Of a stretch of 64,000 nucleotides of DNA, positions 20,380 to 29,816 are shown piece after piece. This DNA comes from Candidatus Kaelpia aquatica (GTDB lineage: Bacteria; Omnitrophota; Gorgyraeia; Kaelpiales; Kaelpiaceae), in assembly GCA_030765335.1 (NCBI GenBank), contig JAVCCU010000009.1:5559-69558 (forward strand), given 5' to 3'. Numbering within the stretch: the first letter of the stretch is position 1; every line of letters begins with the position of its first letter. Below the pieces are notes generated by a model that was not told where the DNA came from, did no database searches, and saw nothing but the letters and a program-made list of their open reading frames with translations. Both the position numbers and the translations under genes were made by a program.

Positions 20380-21607
20380 AAACTATATATTTATATGTTG
20401 TTAATTCCTCAAGCGCCATAGGACCTCTAGCATGTATCTTATCTGTAGATATACCCATCTCAGCCCCCATTCCAAATTGAAAACCATCAGTAAAACGAGT
20501 AGAAGCATTAAGATAAACACATGCAGAATCAACCTCTCTCAAAAATCTATAAGCATTCTCATGGTCATCCGTTACGATTGCATCAGAGTGACTGCTGCCG
20601 TATTTATTTATATGAGAGACGGCTTCACTTAGGCTGTCAACTATTTTCAGATTAAGAATCAAATCGAGATACTCTTTATAATAATCTTTCTCTCTGACCT
20701 TCTTTACCCAAGGAAGAACAGTCTTACTCTTAGCGCAACCTCTAAGCTCAACCCCGGCATCTTTTAGTTTTTCTCCAAGAAGCGGAAGGAGCTTTTTAGC
20801 TATATCTTTATGGATTATGAGTGTCTCCATGGCATTGCATACGCCAGGTCTTTGCGCTTTGGCATTAAAGGCAATATCTATTGCCATATTTATCTTTGCA
20901 GATTTGTCAATAAATACATGGCAAACCCCTTTATAATGCTTTATTACAGGCATAGTAGCATGCTCTGTCACATACCTTATTAGCGATTCACCGCCTCTAG
21001 GTATTAGAAGGTCTATTTCATCGCTAAGTCTCAGAAGATAGTCCAATGCCTCTCTATCCTTCGTTGGAATTAGCTTTATGGTATTCTTAGGTATTATATG
21101 AGAGACTGCATCTGTTAAAACTTGATATATGGCGCGGTTAGAGTTGTAAGCCTCGCTCCCGCCTCTTAAAATCACAGAGTTGCCACTTTTAAGGCAGAGC
21201 CCTATGCAGTCACTTGTAACATTGGGACGCGATTCATATATAATCGCAATCACACCTATTGGAACACGAACCTTGCCTATTTTAAGTCCATTGGGTCTAT
21301 CCCAAAGACTGGTAATCTCGCCCAAAGGATCCTTAAGCCTTGCAATCTCTCTTAACGATATTGACATCTCTTTCATTCTCTTAGAGCTAAGATAGAGCCT
21401 GTCAATCATCGCAGAGCTAAGCTTATCTCTTTTGGCTCTCTTTAGGTCTTTCTCATTCTCAGAACTAATATAGCTTGAGCTCTTACCTATAGCAGCTGCC
21501 ATAGCTCTTAAAGCTTTGTTCTTGCTGCTGCTTGAGAGTGTTGCAAGCTTAAAAGAAGCATCTTTAGCCTCTATTGCTATTCTTTTAATTCTTTTATCTA
21601 GATTCAT
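20354..21607 (-). CDS. proA: Gamma-glutamyl phosphate reductase (likely start ATG 21607)
   Basis: IYESRPNVT, GVCNAMET, NASTRFTDG, HARGPM motifs. Confidence 0.97.
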   Translation of the reverse strand: MNLDKRIKRIAIEAKDASFKLATLSSSSKNKALRAMAAAIGKSSSYISSENEKDLKRAKRDKLSSAMIDRLYLSSKRMKEMSISLREIARLKDPLGEITSLWDRPNGLKIGKVRVPIGVIAIIYESRPNVTSDCIGLCLKSGNSVILRGGSEAYNSNRAIYQVLTDAVSHIIPKNTIKLIPTKDREALDYLLRLSDEIDLLIPRGGESLIRYVTEHATMPVIKHYKGVCHVFIDKSAKINMAIDIAFNAKAQRPGVCNAMETLIIHKDIAKKLLPLLGEKLKDAGVELRGCAKSKTVLPWVKKVREKDYYKEYLDLILNLKIVDSLSEAVSHINKYGSSHSDAIVTDDHENAYRFLREVDSACVYLNASTRFTDGFQFGMGAEMGISTDKIHARGPMALEELTTYKYIVFGNGQIRV

Positions 21608-22688
21608 TTTTAACCTCAAAGAGCACCAGATTATCTCTATGCACAGCCTCATCTTGCCTCTTAAGCCCTAGGACCGCTGCTATCTCTTTACTCTTATGTC
21701 CTTTTATCTTTTCTATCTCTAGAGAAGAGTACCCGGAGATACCCTTTGCAATCTCTATTCCAATTTTATTTTTTACAGTGATCAAATCTCCGACACCAAA
21801 GTGACCATTTACGCTTAGGATACCCATAGGCAAAATACTCTTACCTTTCTCAACAACTGCCTTCTCTGCGCCAGCATCAACTGTAATCGCACCTTTAGAC
21901 TTTGAAAGATAAGCAATCCAATGTTTTTTAGCAGAGAGCTTCTTCTCTGCCTCAATAAAAGTACCGCTCTCTAACGCGATACCCTTTTTAATCCCGTCCT
22001 TATCTTTACCGTTAGTTATAACAGAAGGTATGCCTAAAGATGCTGCAACTTCAACAGCCTCAAGCTTGGTAATCATACCGCCTACACAATGAGCTTTATC
22101 AGTATCAAAGCAGTATTTTTTTACATCTTTAACATTAGTTACTCTCTTTATAATTCTGCCTTCTCCATCATATATCCCATCTATATCTGAAAGAATTAAC
22201 AGGAGGTCTGCAGATATAAGAGAGGCGACCATAGCTGAAAGCTTATCATTATCCCCAAATTTTATCTCTTCAACTGCTAAAGCATCGTTCTCATTTATTA
22301 CAGGAACAATTTTTAGTTTAATCAGCTGTTCTATTGTATCTTTTGCGTTTAAATACCTCTTTCTATCTGAAAAATCATCCCAGCTAAGAAGAACCTGACC
22401 TATCTCTATTTTATGCTTAGAGAAAGAGTTTTGATAAGTCTTCATGAGTTCTATTTGACCTAAAGAAGCCAGAGCCTGGAGATATGATATCGCTTGAGGC
22501 CGAGACTTAAGGCCCAGCTTACCCATGCCGGATGCAATAGCACCTGATGAAACAAGAACAATATTCCTGTTTTTATCCATAAGAGAGGATACTTCTTTTG
22601 CAATATTTTTAAACTTGACTAGATCAAGAGAACCGTCGTTTTTACGTAGAATACTGGAACCAATTTTAATGACTATCTTCTTATACAT
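21594..22688 (-). CDS. proB: Glutamate 5-kinase (with PUA domain)
   Basis: VIKIGSS, VSSGAI, INEND, FGDNDKLS, GGMITK motifs. Confidence 0.97.
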   Translation of the reverse strand: MYKKIVIKIGSSILRKNDGSLDLVKFKNIAKEVSSLMDKNRNIVLVSSGAIASGMGKLGLKSRPQAISYLQALASLGQIELMKTYQNSFSKHKIEIGQVLLSWDDFSDRKRYLNAKDTIEQLIKLKIVPVINENDALAVEEIKFGDNDKLSAMVASLISADLLLILSDIDGIYDGEGRIIKRVTNVKDVKKYCFDTDKAHCVGGMITKLEAVEVAASLGIPSVITNGKDKDGIKKGIALESGTFIEAEKKLSAKKHWIAYLSKSKGAITVDAGAEKAVVEKGKSILPMGILSVNGHFGVGDLITVKNKIGIEIAKGISGYSSLEIEKIKGHKSKEIAAVLGLKRQDEAVHRDNLVLFEVKNESR

Positions 22689-22696
22689 TATTTATT

Positions 22697-22724
22697 ATTG
22701 TAATATATTTTTTCTATTCTGCAA
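22697..22724 (-). promoter_or_regulatory. Sigma70-type promoter of proBA-nadD, leaderless-type
   Basis: TTGCAG-16bp-TACAAT, 8 nt to ATG. Confidence 0.55.
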
Positions 22725-23687
22725 TCAGTTAAAGTAGCTGCCTATCTTGGTTTCTACTTTATCGAGCCCTGCTTTATCTAAAAGCGAGATAGACAATATA
22801 TCTTCGGTCTTTAGGCTTTTCTTTAAGTCTTTTAACTTAGAAGCTGCTTCAGGCAAATCCATCTTATTTGCAATTAAAATATACTCTCTTTCTAAGAGAG
22901 TAGGGTCAAACTCTCTTAGTTCAGTTCTTAGCTTCTCAAGAGCTTCTTTAGGGTTTATATCGGTGTCGGATAATCCTAGAATAAATATTAATACCTGTGT
23001 CCTCTGAATATGCTTTAAAAACAAATCTCCAAGGCCTCTGCCTTTATGTGCATCCTCTATCAAGCCTGGTATATCTGCTATCTTTATCGGTTTATCCTGA
23101 TGCCAGATCACACCAAGATGAGGCTCTAAGGTTGTAAAAGGATACGGTGCAATCTTACCTCTTGTTTTACAGAGCGTATTGATAAAAGTAGTCTTACCTG
23201 CATTGGGAAAACCAACCAGACCAATATTAGCAAGCAACTTTAGCTCTAAGAGTAATGTCTTCTCTTCGCCTTCTTTATGTAGGATAAGTTCGGACTTAGT
23301 AAATGCATTACCTCGCCCTCCATCTCCACCGTTTGCAGCAATTACAGACTCATCCTTAGCTGTCATATCACGAATCAAAAACCCGCTCTCTAAGTCCCTA
23401 ACAACTGTCCCTAGCGGAACAGATATCACTCTATCCTTACCTCTGCCGCCCTTTTTATTATTACTGCTGGCATGCTTCCCCTTGTCAGCTTTGTGGTGTT
23501 TTTGAAACTTAAGATGGGTCAGATCCCAGAGATTAGTATCTGTCTTTATAACAATATCTCCACCTCTACCGCCATCTCCACCATTAGGGATTCTTCTTGA
23601 ACTGAGCTTGTGAAAATAGAAGCTGAGACAACCTTGGCCGCCGTCTCCTGCTTTAACGTAAATTTTAACTTTATCTACAAAACTCAA
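22725..23687 (-). CDS. obgE: GTPase ObgE
   Basis: Gly-rich Obg domain, GFPNAGKT, YPFTT, DIPG, NKMD; follows rpmA. Confidence 0.97.
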   Translation of the reverse strand: MSFVDKVKIYVKAGDGGQGCLSFYFHKLSSRRIPNGGDGGRGGDIVIKTDTNLWDLTHLKFQKHHKADKGKHASSNNKKGGRGKDRVISVPLGTVVRDLESGFLIRDMTAKDESVIAANGGDGGRGNAFTKSELILHKEGEEKTLLLELKLLANIGLVGFPNAGKTTFINTLCKTRGKIAPYPFTTLEPHLGVIWHQDKPIKIADIPGLIEDAHKGRGLGDLFLKHIQRTQVLIFILGLSDTDINPKEALEKLRTELREFDPTLLEREYILIANKMDLPEAASKLKDLKKSLKTEDILSISLLDKAGLDKVETKIGSYFN

Positions 23688-23702
23688 CTTAAGGAAGGAT
23701 TG

Positions 23703-23951
23703 TTAGGATTGTTCAGAAATAACATCAACCATTCTTTGAGAACGGAACTTTACAACGCCATCCTTCAAAGCAAAGAGCGTATCGTCTCTGCCTTTGCCTA
23801 CGTTCCAGCCGGGCTTAAACTTAGTACCACGCTGCCTTATAATTATAGATCCAGCAGATACGCGTTCTCCGCCAAAATTCTTAATACCGAGGCGCTGAGA
23901 ATTGGAATCACGACCATTTCTAGTACTTCCGCCACCTTTTTTATGTGCCAT
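23703..23951 (-). CDS. rpmA: 50S ribosomal protein L27
   Basis: [16 protein letters not shown]...RQRGTK. Confidence 0.99.
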   Translation of the reverse strand: MAHKKGGGSTRNGRDSNSQRLGIKNFGGERVSAGSIIIRQRGTKFKPGWNVGKGRDDTLFALKDGVVKFRSQRMVDVISEQS

Positions 23952-23952
23952 A

Positions 23953-24267
23953 TTAAGCCTCCGGAATAGACCCTATCTTAACTTTAGATAAAATCTGTCT
24001 ATGCCCTCTTTTAGATTGTGAACTCTTACGCCTTCTGTACTTCAAGATTGTAATCTTATCAGCCTTTTTATTCTCTATTAACTCTGCAGCAACTTTAGCA
24101 TTTTCTACATAAGGCCTACCTACAGTTAATTTAGAACCGTCAGATAAAGCTAATACTTTATCAAATTCGACCTTATTATCCGTAGCTTCAACAAGCTCCA
24201 CCTTAATGGTGTCGCCCTCTTTGACTTTATACTGTTTTCCGCCTGTCTCTATTATTGCGTATTTCAT
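23953..24267 (-). CDS. rplU: 50S ribosomal protein L21 (start at ATG 24267, not 24414)
   Basis: [15 protein letters not shown]...GHRQ; a promoter lies inside the ORF-track extension. Confidence 0.97.
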   Translation of the reverse strand: MKYAIIETGGKQYKVKEGDTIKVELVEATDNKVEFDKVLALSDGSKLTVGRPYVENAKVAAELIENKKADKITILKYRRRKSSQSKRGHRQILSKVKIGSIPEA

Positions 24268-24276
24268 AGTCTTAAG

Positions 24277-24305
24277 AATATGCCATAAATGGATTAATTT
24301 GTCAA
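24277..24305 (-). promoter_or_regulatory. Sigma70-type promoter of rplU-rpmA-obgE, leaderless-type
   Basis: TTGACA-17bp-CATATT, 9 nt to ATG; no SD. Confidence 0.65.
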
Positions 24306-24400
24306 GGGGTATAGAAGAAAGTGTCTGGTTTAAAAACGGAGCGTGATAATATGTTTCAGTTATATGAGGTATAGAGCGAAGTGTAGAATAAAAAATATAT

Positions 24401-24426
24401 AAAAAGCCCGCCAAATTTGGCGAGCT
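24401..24426 (-). terminator. Intrinsic terminator after 24470-25048
   Basis: AGCTCGCCA-AATT-TGGCGGGCT followed by a T run on the minus strand. Confidence 0.8.
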
Positions 24427-24469
24427 AAATATACTTACTTAACTTGTATTACTCGTCTAAATTCTAATT

Positions 24470-25048
24470 TTATATAGCTTCCGGAGGAACACTGGAGCTT
24501 AAGACAAAATCCAATGTTTGCAAACCAGTTACACTACTAATAAGCGAAGCAAGAGAAACTTCGACTTGAACAAAACGCCCAAAAGATCCTTGGACCTTAT
24601 AACCATTACCTGCTAGAGCAGACAGATTCTCCTCGGTAACCAAATCTCTTGTAGTAAGGAGAAGCCTTACCATAGGTATTTCGTCACAAAGTAAAATATC
24701 TTTTGCTGTTGTAATGACTGCAGTTGGTACCTTGAAATAGGCAGCTACACCACCATCTAATACCTGAGGCAATACTTCTATGCCTTGCTCTAAATATCCT
24801 TCTCTAACAACCTCAGCGGCTGCGTCTAGTGCTCCTACAATACCCAACTTTTGAAAAGTTTCCATATGTTTGGATACTATCTCACCTGAAATTTTGATCA
24901 TAATAGTCTCTGAGCCTGTTTGAACATTCGGGAGCATCGGAAGTAAGCTATCTGTGAATATAAGGTCTTTTGATTGGGCTACCGCCGTCAAGCTAGTCAT
25001 TCCAATAACTACACATACTGCTACTACAAGCAATGCTAACTTCTTCAT
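24470..25048 (-). CDS. Secreted hypothetical protein (possible subtilase propeptide/I9-like folds)
   Basis: Sec signal (AVA-Q); AGGAGG SD; own promoter and terminator. Confidence 0.7.
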   Translation of the reverse strand: MKKLALLVVAVCVVIGMTSLTAVAQSKDLIFTDSLLPMLPNVQTGSETIMIKISGEIVSKHMETFQKLGIVGALDAAAEVVREGYLEQGIEVLPQVLDGGVAAYFKVPTAVITTAKDILLCDEIPMVRLLLTTRDLVTEENLSALAGNGYKVQGSFGRFVQVEVSLASLISSVTGLQTLDFVLSSSVPPEAI

Positions 25049-25120
25049 CTTGCTACCTCCTGCTTATTGTTACTGTTTCTATCTTCATCTATCTTAAGCT
25101 CCCCTTGGAGCTATATAATA

Positions 25121-25148
25121 TTTATAACACGTATCTTGCATTTGTCAA
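25121..25148 (-). promoter_or_regulatory. Sigma70-type promoter
   Basis: TTGACA-16bp-TATAAA, followed by a short AGCTCC/GGAGCT hairpin in the leader. Confidence 0.6.
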
Positions 25149-25195
25149 ATCTTATTAAAAGTTTTTATTATATAGTATAAAAAGTTATTTTTCTC

Positions 25196-25672
25196 TCATT
25201 CACTTATAACATATTGCATAATTACAACTCCTAAATCCATGCAACTTATACACCCATTAGACGAGTTTGAACTAATAAGCATAGTAAGCTTATTAGAGTC
25301 TGACTCTCTTTTCTGATACATTAATTTATCTTCTAACTTCATGAGGGCAAATCCTATATAGGCAACGCCTTTCTCATCTAATATCTCTATCTCTGTTATT
25401 TCGGCATCATAGAGAGCCTCACTAAAGAAAACCTCGGCTCCAGGATAATTAGCAACAATATCGTTAAAACTATCATAATCATCCTTAGAAGCGTCATCGA
25501 GAAAGTTGCGCATAATTTTAAAATCTCTGCTTTTTTCTACATCCTCTCTGCTAACCTTTTCGCTTATTACAGAATCTATATTAAAATCGCCACGGTAGAC
25601 ATAGTCAGCAGCATAAGAGTAGAGAGTTATTGATAAGTTGGATATCAGAAGCAGCCAAACAAATCTTCTCAT
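25196..25672 (-). CDS. Secreted hypothetical protein
   Basis: Signal peptide (SYA-A); starts 4 nt after the GH144-like gene; C-terminal CxxC. Confidence 0.7.
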   Translation of the reverse strand: MRRFVWLLLISNLSITLYSYAADYVYRGDFNIDSVISEKVSREDVEKSRDFKIMRNFLDDASKDDYDSFNDIVANYPGAEVFFSEALYDAEITEIEILDEKGVAYIGFALMKLEDKLMYQKRESDSNKLTMLISSNSSNGCISCMDLGVVIMQYVISE

Positions 25673-25676
25673 AACA

Positions 25677-27056
25677 TTATCTCCTTACAAGATAAGTAAA
25701 GTAAGCCGGAAACGTTTTAAGTAAAGCAAATTGAATATTACGGCTTTGCATAAAGTTCTCCCAGATAAACTCAGAGAAATAATTCTCAACCATCAGGGCT
25801 GGAAAGATCACATCCATTCCGACTATCCAGTTAGAGCTTACTTCCGGTACACCATTATGATCCAAGGAACCTGCATCCATTGATTCAACCAAAAGGCCCG
25901 ACTTATCAAAGGCTTTATCGCGTATCTCGTAGAACATCAAGAATGCGGGGTTATCCAGAATAGCGTATTCCTGAAAAAATGGTATCGAACCTATCGCTGC
26001 ATAAGGAGCAACCGGTTTAATTCCATTCTTTGAGTTATAGAATCTTTCAGCCTCCCCAGCTCCTGAGAGCGCTCCACCAACCCTATCTCTATATTCCATA
26101 GCACTTGAACCTTTAGAGACCTTAGACCAGCATGCACTTATGCCAAAGATATTTTCTGGATAGTTGTTGTCGGAACACCATCTAAGGTCAGCTAACACAG
26201 CATTTTTTGTATTTTTCCACCAGTCAACATTATGCAGAAGATCGTTATCTAGTCTTCTAAAATCAATAAAAGTATGGGCAAAGAGATAAGTAAAGAGCGA
26301 GCCGTACCAGGAATAGACATACTTGTAATCTTCATAGGCACCCTCTTTCACTGCAATATTTCCAAAAGAGTCCCTAATGTCTACCCTGTTATCTACAACA
26401 GGTGAACCCTGAGCGAGAATTAATATCAAAAGTATCTCATCGGTATAAAAATCCCAAAAACCAAAGAACCCGTTGTTCCAGCCCATATGAAACTGCTTCC
26501 TGCCGCCATTAAAAAACTCTCTCCATTCTATGTTAGAATAGAATTCATTCGCTTTGTCTCTGCACTCAGAATAACCCTGGGATGCTAAGTATTCAGATGC
26601 TGTTATCATACCTGCTAAAAGGATTGCTGTATCTATTATCGAAACCTCAACTCCAGACTTATGCACTAAGCTCTTTCCTGATACATCAGGAACATAAAAA
26701 TGATAGAGAAAACCGGAAAAATTCTGGCCTTGATTATTCTGAAGATTTAAACAGCTTTCAACGGTCTCTAAAAACATCTCTCTTGCTCCTTCCTTAGAGA
26801 TTAAACCTTTCTGAGCAGATAGAGCTAAGCCTGCAAGAGCAAAGCCTGAAGCAGCTATATCAACTTCTTTGACGTGGGGTGAGCTTTTATAAAGCCCGTT
26901 TATTCTAAAAAACTTTTGATAACAGTAGTTTAGCTGCTGAGCCTGGAAATCCTTTAACATATCTACTGCCTGATAAACCTCTAGATCTAAAGCTGAAACA
27001 ACCTTAACCTGAACTGCTAACACTAGAACAACTGCTATCTTTTTCAATATCTTCAT
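25677..27056 (-). CDS. Secreted glucoamylase-family / GH144-like endo-beta-1,2-glucanase
   Basis: Signal peptide; IAASGFAL, GFLYHF, EVSIIDTAILLAG, YTDE, GSLF...IDFR, FGISA motifs. Confidence 0.82.
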   Translation of the reverse strand: MKILKKIAVVLVLAVQVKVVSALDLEVYQAVDMLKDFQAQQLNYCYQKFFRINGLYKSSPHVKEVDIAASGFALAGLALSAQKGLISKEGAREMFLETVESCLNLQNNQGQNFSGFLYHFYVPDVSGKSLVHKSGVEVSIIDTAILLAGMITASEYLASQGYSECRDKANEFYSNIEWREFFNGGRKQFHMGWNNGFFGFWDFYTDEILLILILAQGSPVVDNRVDIRDSFGNIAVKEGAYEDYKYVYSWYGSLFTYLFAHTFIDFRRLDNDLLHNVDWWKNTKNAVLADLRWCSDNNYPENIFGISACWSKVSKGSSAMEYRDRVGGALSGAGEAERFYNSKNGIKPVAPYAAIGSIPFFQEYAILDNPAFLMFYEIRDKAFDKSGLLVESMDAGSLDHNGVPEVSSNWIVGMDVIFPALMVENYFSEFIWENFMQSRNIQFALLKTFPAYFTYLVRR

Positions 27057-27070
27057 CTTAACCCATAGAT

Positions 27071-27087
27071 AGCAATATACATGCCAA
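27071..27087 (-). promoter_or_regulatory. Sigma54 (-24/-12) promoter for the GH144-like operon
   Basis: TTGGCATGTATATTGCT versus consensus YTGGCACG-N4-TTGCW; AT-rich ~200 bp upstream with GTAA-N7-TTAC at 27185-27199. Confidence 0.75.
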
Positions 27088-27297
27088 AAGATTAATAATA
27101 GAGATTGTTACCGCAAGTAGCTGCAAATAAAGGTTTTAAATAAAAAACAAGCTTAATACCACAAAAGATTTATCGCGTAATAATGTAATATTTTTTTACC
27201 TAACTTAATAAATATTTAATAAATGTACTTAAGACTAAATTCTTTAAAGCTTTAAAAACAAAAGAGTTAAGAGTAGCTTTTGTTGCAGATAATGAAT

Positions 27298-27600
27298 AGA
27301 GGCAGGCCCGTAAGCCGAATTCTGTTTTAGACAGCCATTTGTCTACTATCTGAATTGCTTCAGATATTTAGCGGTTAACCCACCCGCTTAGCCGGGCCAG
27401 CTTTAAGCGCGGGCTATTTAACCTTAACTCGTGTAGAGATTGCCTCGTTTCACCTCTCCCAAATGGGAGAACTCGTCTCTGTGGCTCTTATCCTAACAGG
27501 TCTAAGAAACCTGCGTTCCGACGTTATCGGAATACACTCACCCTCTGAGTTCGGACTTTCCTCTCCTTCAAAAGAAAGAGCGGCTATCCAGCCTGCCTCT
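27298..27600 (-). ncRNA. rnpB: RNase P RNA (compact, ~303 nt)
   Basis: GAGGAAAGTCCG, GGTGAAAC and AAACAGAATTCGGCTTA conserved regions; P1 AGAGGCAGGC/GCCTGCCTCT. Confidence 0.97.
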
Positions 27601-28014
27601 TTAAAATAAAACATCCTTGGATTCTGTGGCAGAATAAGCAAGCTTATCCGCCTCTTTATTCTTTTCCCGTAGAATATGATTAAACTCTATACTTTTAAAA
27701 TTATTCAGTAAATACTTTATATTTACAAGAAGAGGCTTTAAGTGCTCTTTCTTTGTCTTGTACTCTCCCTTAACCTGTTTAACTAGTAATTCGCTATCTA
27801 AAAATACTTTTAAATCATCTATTCCTAGAAGCAATGCCTCGGTAAGACCGACGACAAGAGCCAAATATTCAGCAACATTATTAGTGCTGGGACCAATAGC
27901 CAGAGAGACTTCTTTTAAAATAACTCCATGAGGATCCTTGATAACAACACCAACCCCGGCTGGACCAGGATTACCTCTAGAAGAACCGTCTGAATAAAGC
28001 TTGAAGCTACTCAT
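27601..28014 (-). CDS. rnhA: Ribonuclease HI family protein
   Basis: SDGSSRGNPG, TNNVAEY, DSELLVKQ, REKNKEAD. Confidence 0.95.
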   Translation of the reverse strand: MSSFKLYSDGSSRGNPGPAGVGVVIKDPHGVILKEVSLAIGPSTNNVAEYLALVVGLTEALLLGIDDLKVFLDSELLVKQVKGEYKTKKEHLKPLLVNIKYLLNNFKSIEFNHILREKNKEADKLAYSATESKDVLF

Positions 28015-28726
28015 CTAGATAGAATATTCTAGAGCAACGCTCACAAGTAATAATGCCGTCTGCTCTCTTTATCTCATTGATAGTTTGAGGGCGAAGGCTT
28101 AAATGACAACCACCGCAGGCACCATCAATGACTGGAACAATAGCCAAACCATCCTTGCTTTCAATTAGTCTTTCATAGATAGAGAGAGTCTCGGGGTCTA
28201 CTTTTTGAGCAATCTTACCTCTCTCTGTTTTTTGAGATTTAATCTCCTGTTCAACTACAGCCATATCCTGCTTGACTTTATCTTCTTCCTGCTGAAACTC
28301 TCCCTCAAGCTTCTTAAGCTCGTCTTTCTCTTTGTTAAGACTTAAGCCTATCTCATCCATGCTGTCCATTAGCTTCAATATCTCATCTTCAATACATGAA
28401 TTATCAGCCTTCTTGCCTTCTATCTCGCTTAAAAGAGCCTTATATTCCTTATTTGTCTTTATCTGAAGAAGCTGTTGTTGAAACTTTTGAATTCCCCCTT
28501 CAGCAGTCTGGAGCTCTAACTCTTTATCTTTTATCTTAATCTGCAGATCTTTGACTTCCTCTTCAACTCTATCAATATCTTCTTTTTTTTGATCCAACCC
28601 AAACCTAAAATCCTGAAGTTTTTTAGGCATATCCTCTTTGCGAAAATTCAAATCACGGAGCTCCAAATCATACCCCTGGAGCTCTTTTAAAAGTTCTATC
28701 TGTTTTTTAAAATCTTCTACTTTCAT
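28007..28726 (-). CDS. Coiled-coil C4-type zinc-ribbon protein (DUF164; CT398/HP0958-like)
   Basis: Long coiled coil with KEY.AL..EI; CGGC...CERCSRI. Confidence 0.92.
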   Translation of the reverse strand: MKVEDFKKQIELLKELQGYDLELRDLNFRKEDMPKKLQDFRFGLDQKKEDIDRVEEEVKDLQIKIKDKELELQTAEGGIQKFQQQLLQIKTNKEYKALLSEIEGKKADNSCIEDEILKLMDSMDEIGLSLNKEKDELKKLEGEFQQEEDKVKQDMAVVEQEIKSQKTERGKIAQKVDPETLSIYERLIESKDGLAIVPVIDGACGGCHLSLRPQTINEIKRADGIITCERCSRIFYLDE

Positions 28727-28740
28727 ATAAACTTATTAAA

Positions 28741-28814
28741 TGGGCGATAGAGGACTTGAACCTCCGACATCCACGATGTGAACGTGGCGCTCTAGCCAAC
28801 TGAGCTAACCGCCC
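28741..28814 (-). tRNA. tRNA-Val(CAC)
   Basis: Full cloverleaf GGGCGGT...CCACG-TTCACAT-CGTGG...TTCAAGT...ATCGCCC-A; CCA not encoded. Confidence 0.96.
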
Positions 28815-28843
28815 GCTCAACTCTTTTTGACTATACTACTAAA

Positions 28844-28916
28844 TGGTCCCGCCAGGACTTGAACCTGGAACCAACTGATTATGAGTCAGCTGCTCTGCCA
28901 ATTGAGCTACGGGACC
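28844..28916 (-). tRNA. tRNA with CAT anticodon, probably tRNA-Ile2 (lysidine); elongator Met not excluded
   Basis: GGTCCCG...GCTGA-CTCATAA-TCAGT...CGGGACC-A; paired 1-72 and no triple G-C in the anticodon stem, so not the initiator. Confidence 0.9.
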
Positions 28917-29019
28917 AATCAATCGGCGAATATCAATTTTAACATATCAAGTTAAAAAAGCAATACAACTTTATCAAGCTGTCAAGACTTCTCCTGCTTA
29001 AGAACAAAACCGCTTAAGT

Positions 29020-29814
29020 TTAACCCTTAACAAGCTTGTCTTTTAAAGATATTATTCTTAACATCTCTTGGTGCAACAATCCGTTAGAAGAGACTATGTT
29101 TGGATAGAAAGGACTGAAAACTTCTCCATCCATTTGCGTAACCTTACCTCCAGCTTCTTCAATAAGGAGAATGCCGGCTGCAGTATCCCAGGGGTTTAAA
29201 CCCAGCTCCCAGAAGCCGTCTAATCTACCAGATGCAACATAAGCAAGGTCTAGAGCTGCAGCGCCGCAGCGCCGCACCCCTTGAGTGTGGTATATAAAAT
29301 TAGAGCAGTGTTCTATGTTGGTATCTGCCTGATCTTTAAACTCATAATGGAATCCCGTTGCAACTAAGCTGCGGCTTATCTGGTCTATTTTTGAGACCGA
29401 AATTCTCTTACCATTTAGATAAGCACCGTCTTTTGATATCGCCGAAAAGACCTCTTTCCGCGTTGGGTCATAGATAACTCCAAGAACAGGTTTTTTGTCT
29501 TTTAATAATGCTATTGAAACACAAAAAACTGGAAAAGTATGAGAAAAATTGTTGGTACCATCTATGGGGTCAACCAGCCAGCAGTACTCACTATCAGCAT
29601 CTCCTCCGGACTCTTCACCTACAAAATTAAAATCAGGATACTTCTTTAAGAGATAGCTCTTTATTATCTCCTCAGACTTCCTATCTACTTCGGTGACCAG
29701 GTTTCGCTCGCCTTTAAACTCAATATTTTTTACTCTGCCAAGATTAGATAGAACATAATCTCCTGCATTTAGAGCAACGCGCTGAGAAGACTTGAGTATC
29801 TTCTTTAGATTCAA
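29020..29814 (-). CDS. suhB: Inositol monophosphatase family protein
   Basis: VTEVD, GEE, DPIDGTNNF, WDTAAG motifs. Confidence 0.93.
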   Translation of the reverse strand: MNLKKILKSSQRVALNAGDYVLSNLGRVKNIEFKGERNLVTEVDRKSEEIIKSYLLKKYPDFNFVGEESGGDADSEYCWLVDPIDGTNNFSHTFPVFCVSIALLKDKKPVLGVIYDPTRKEVFSAISKDGAYLNGKRISVSKIDQISRSLVATGFHYEFKDQADTNIEHCSNFIYHTQGVRRCGAAALDLAYVASGRLDGFWELGLNPWDTAAGILLIEEAGGKVTQMDGEVFSPFYPNIVSSNGLLHQEMLRIISLKDKLVKG

Positions 29815-29816
29815 AC

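Noticed and set aside
24268-24414. N-terminal extension of L21 in the ORF track
   Set aside because: L21 homology starts at ATG 24267; the extension spans the promoter and the upstream terminator.
27450-27641. 63-aa minus-strand ORF
   Set aside because: Overlaps the RNase P RNA and the rnhA end; spurious.
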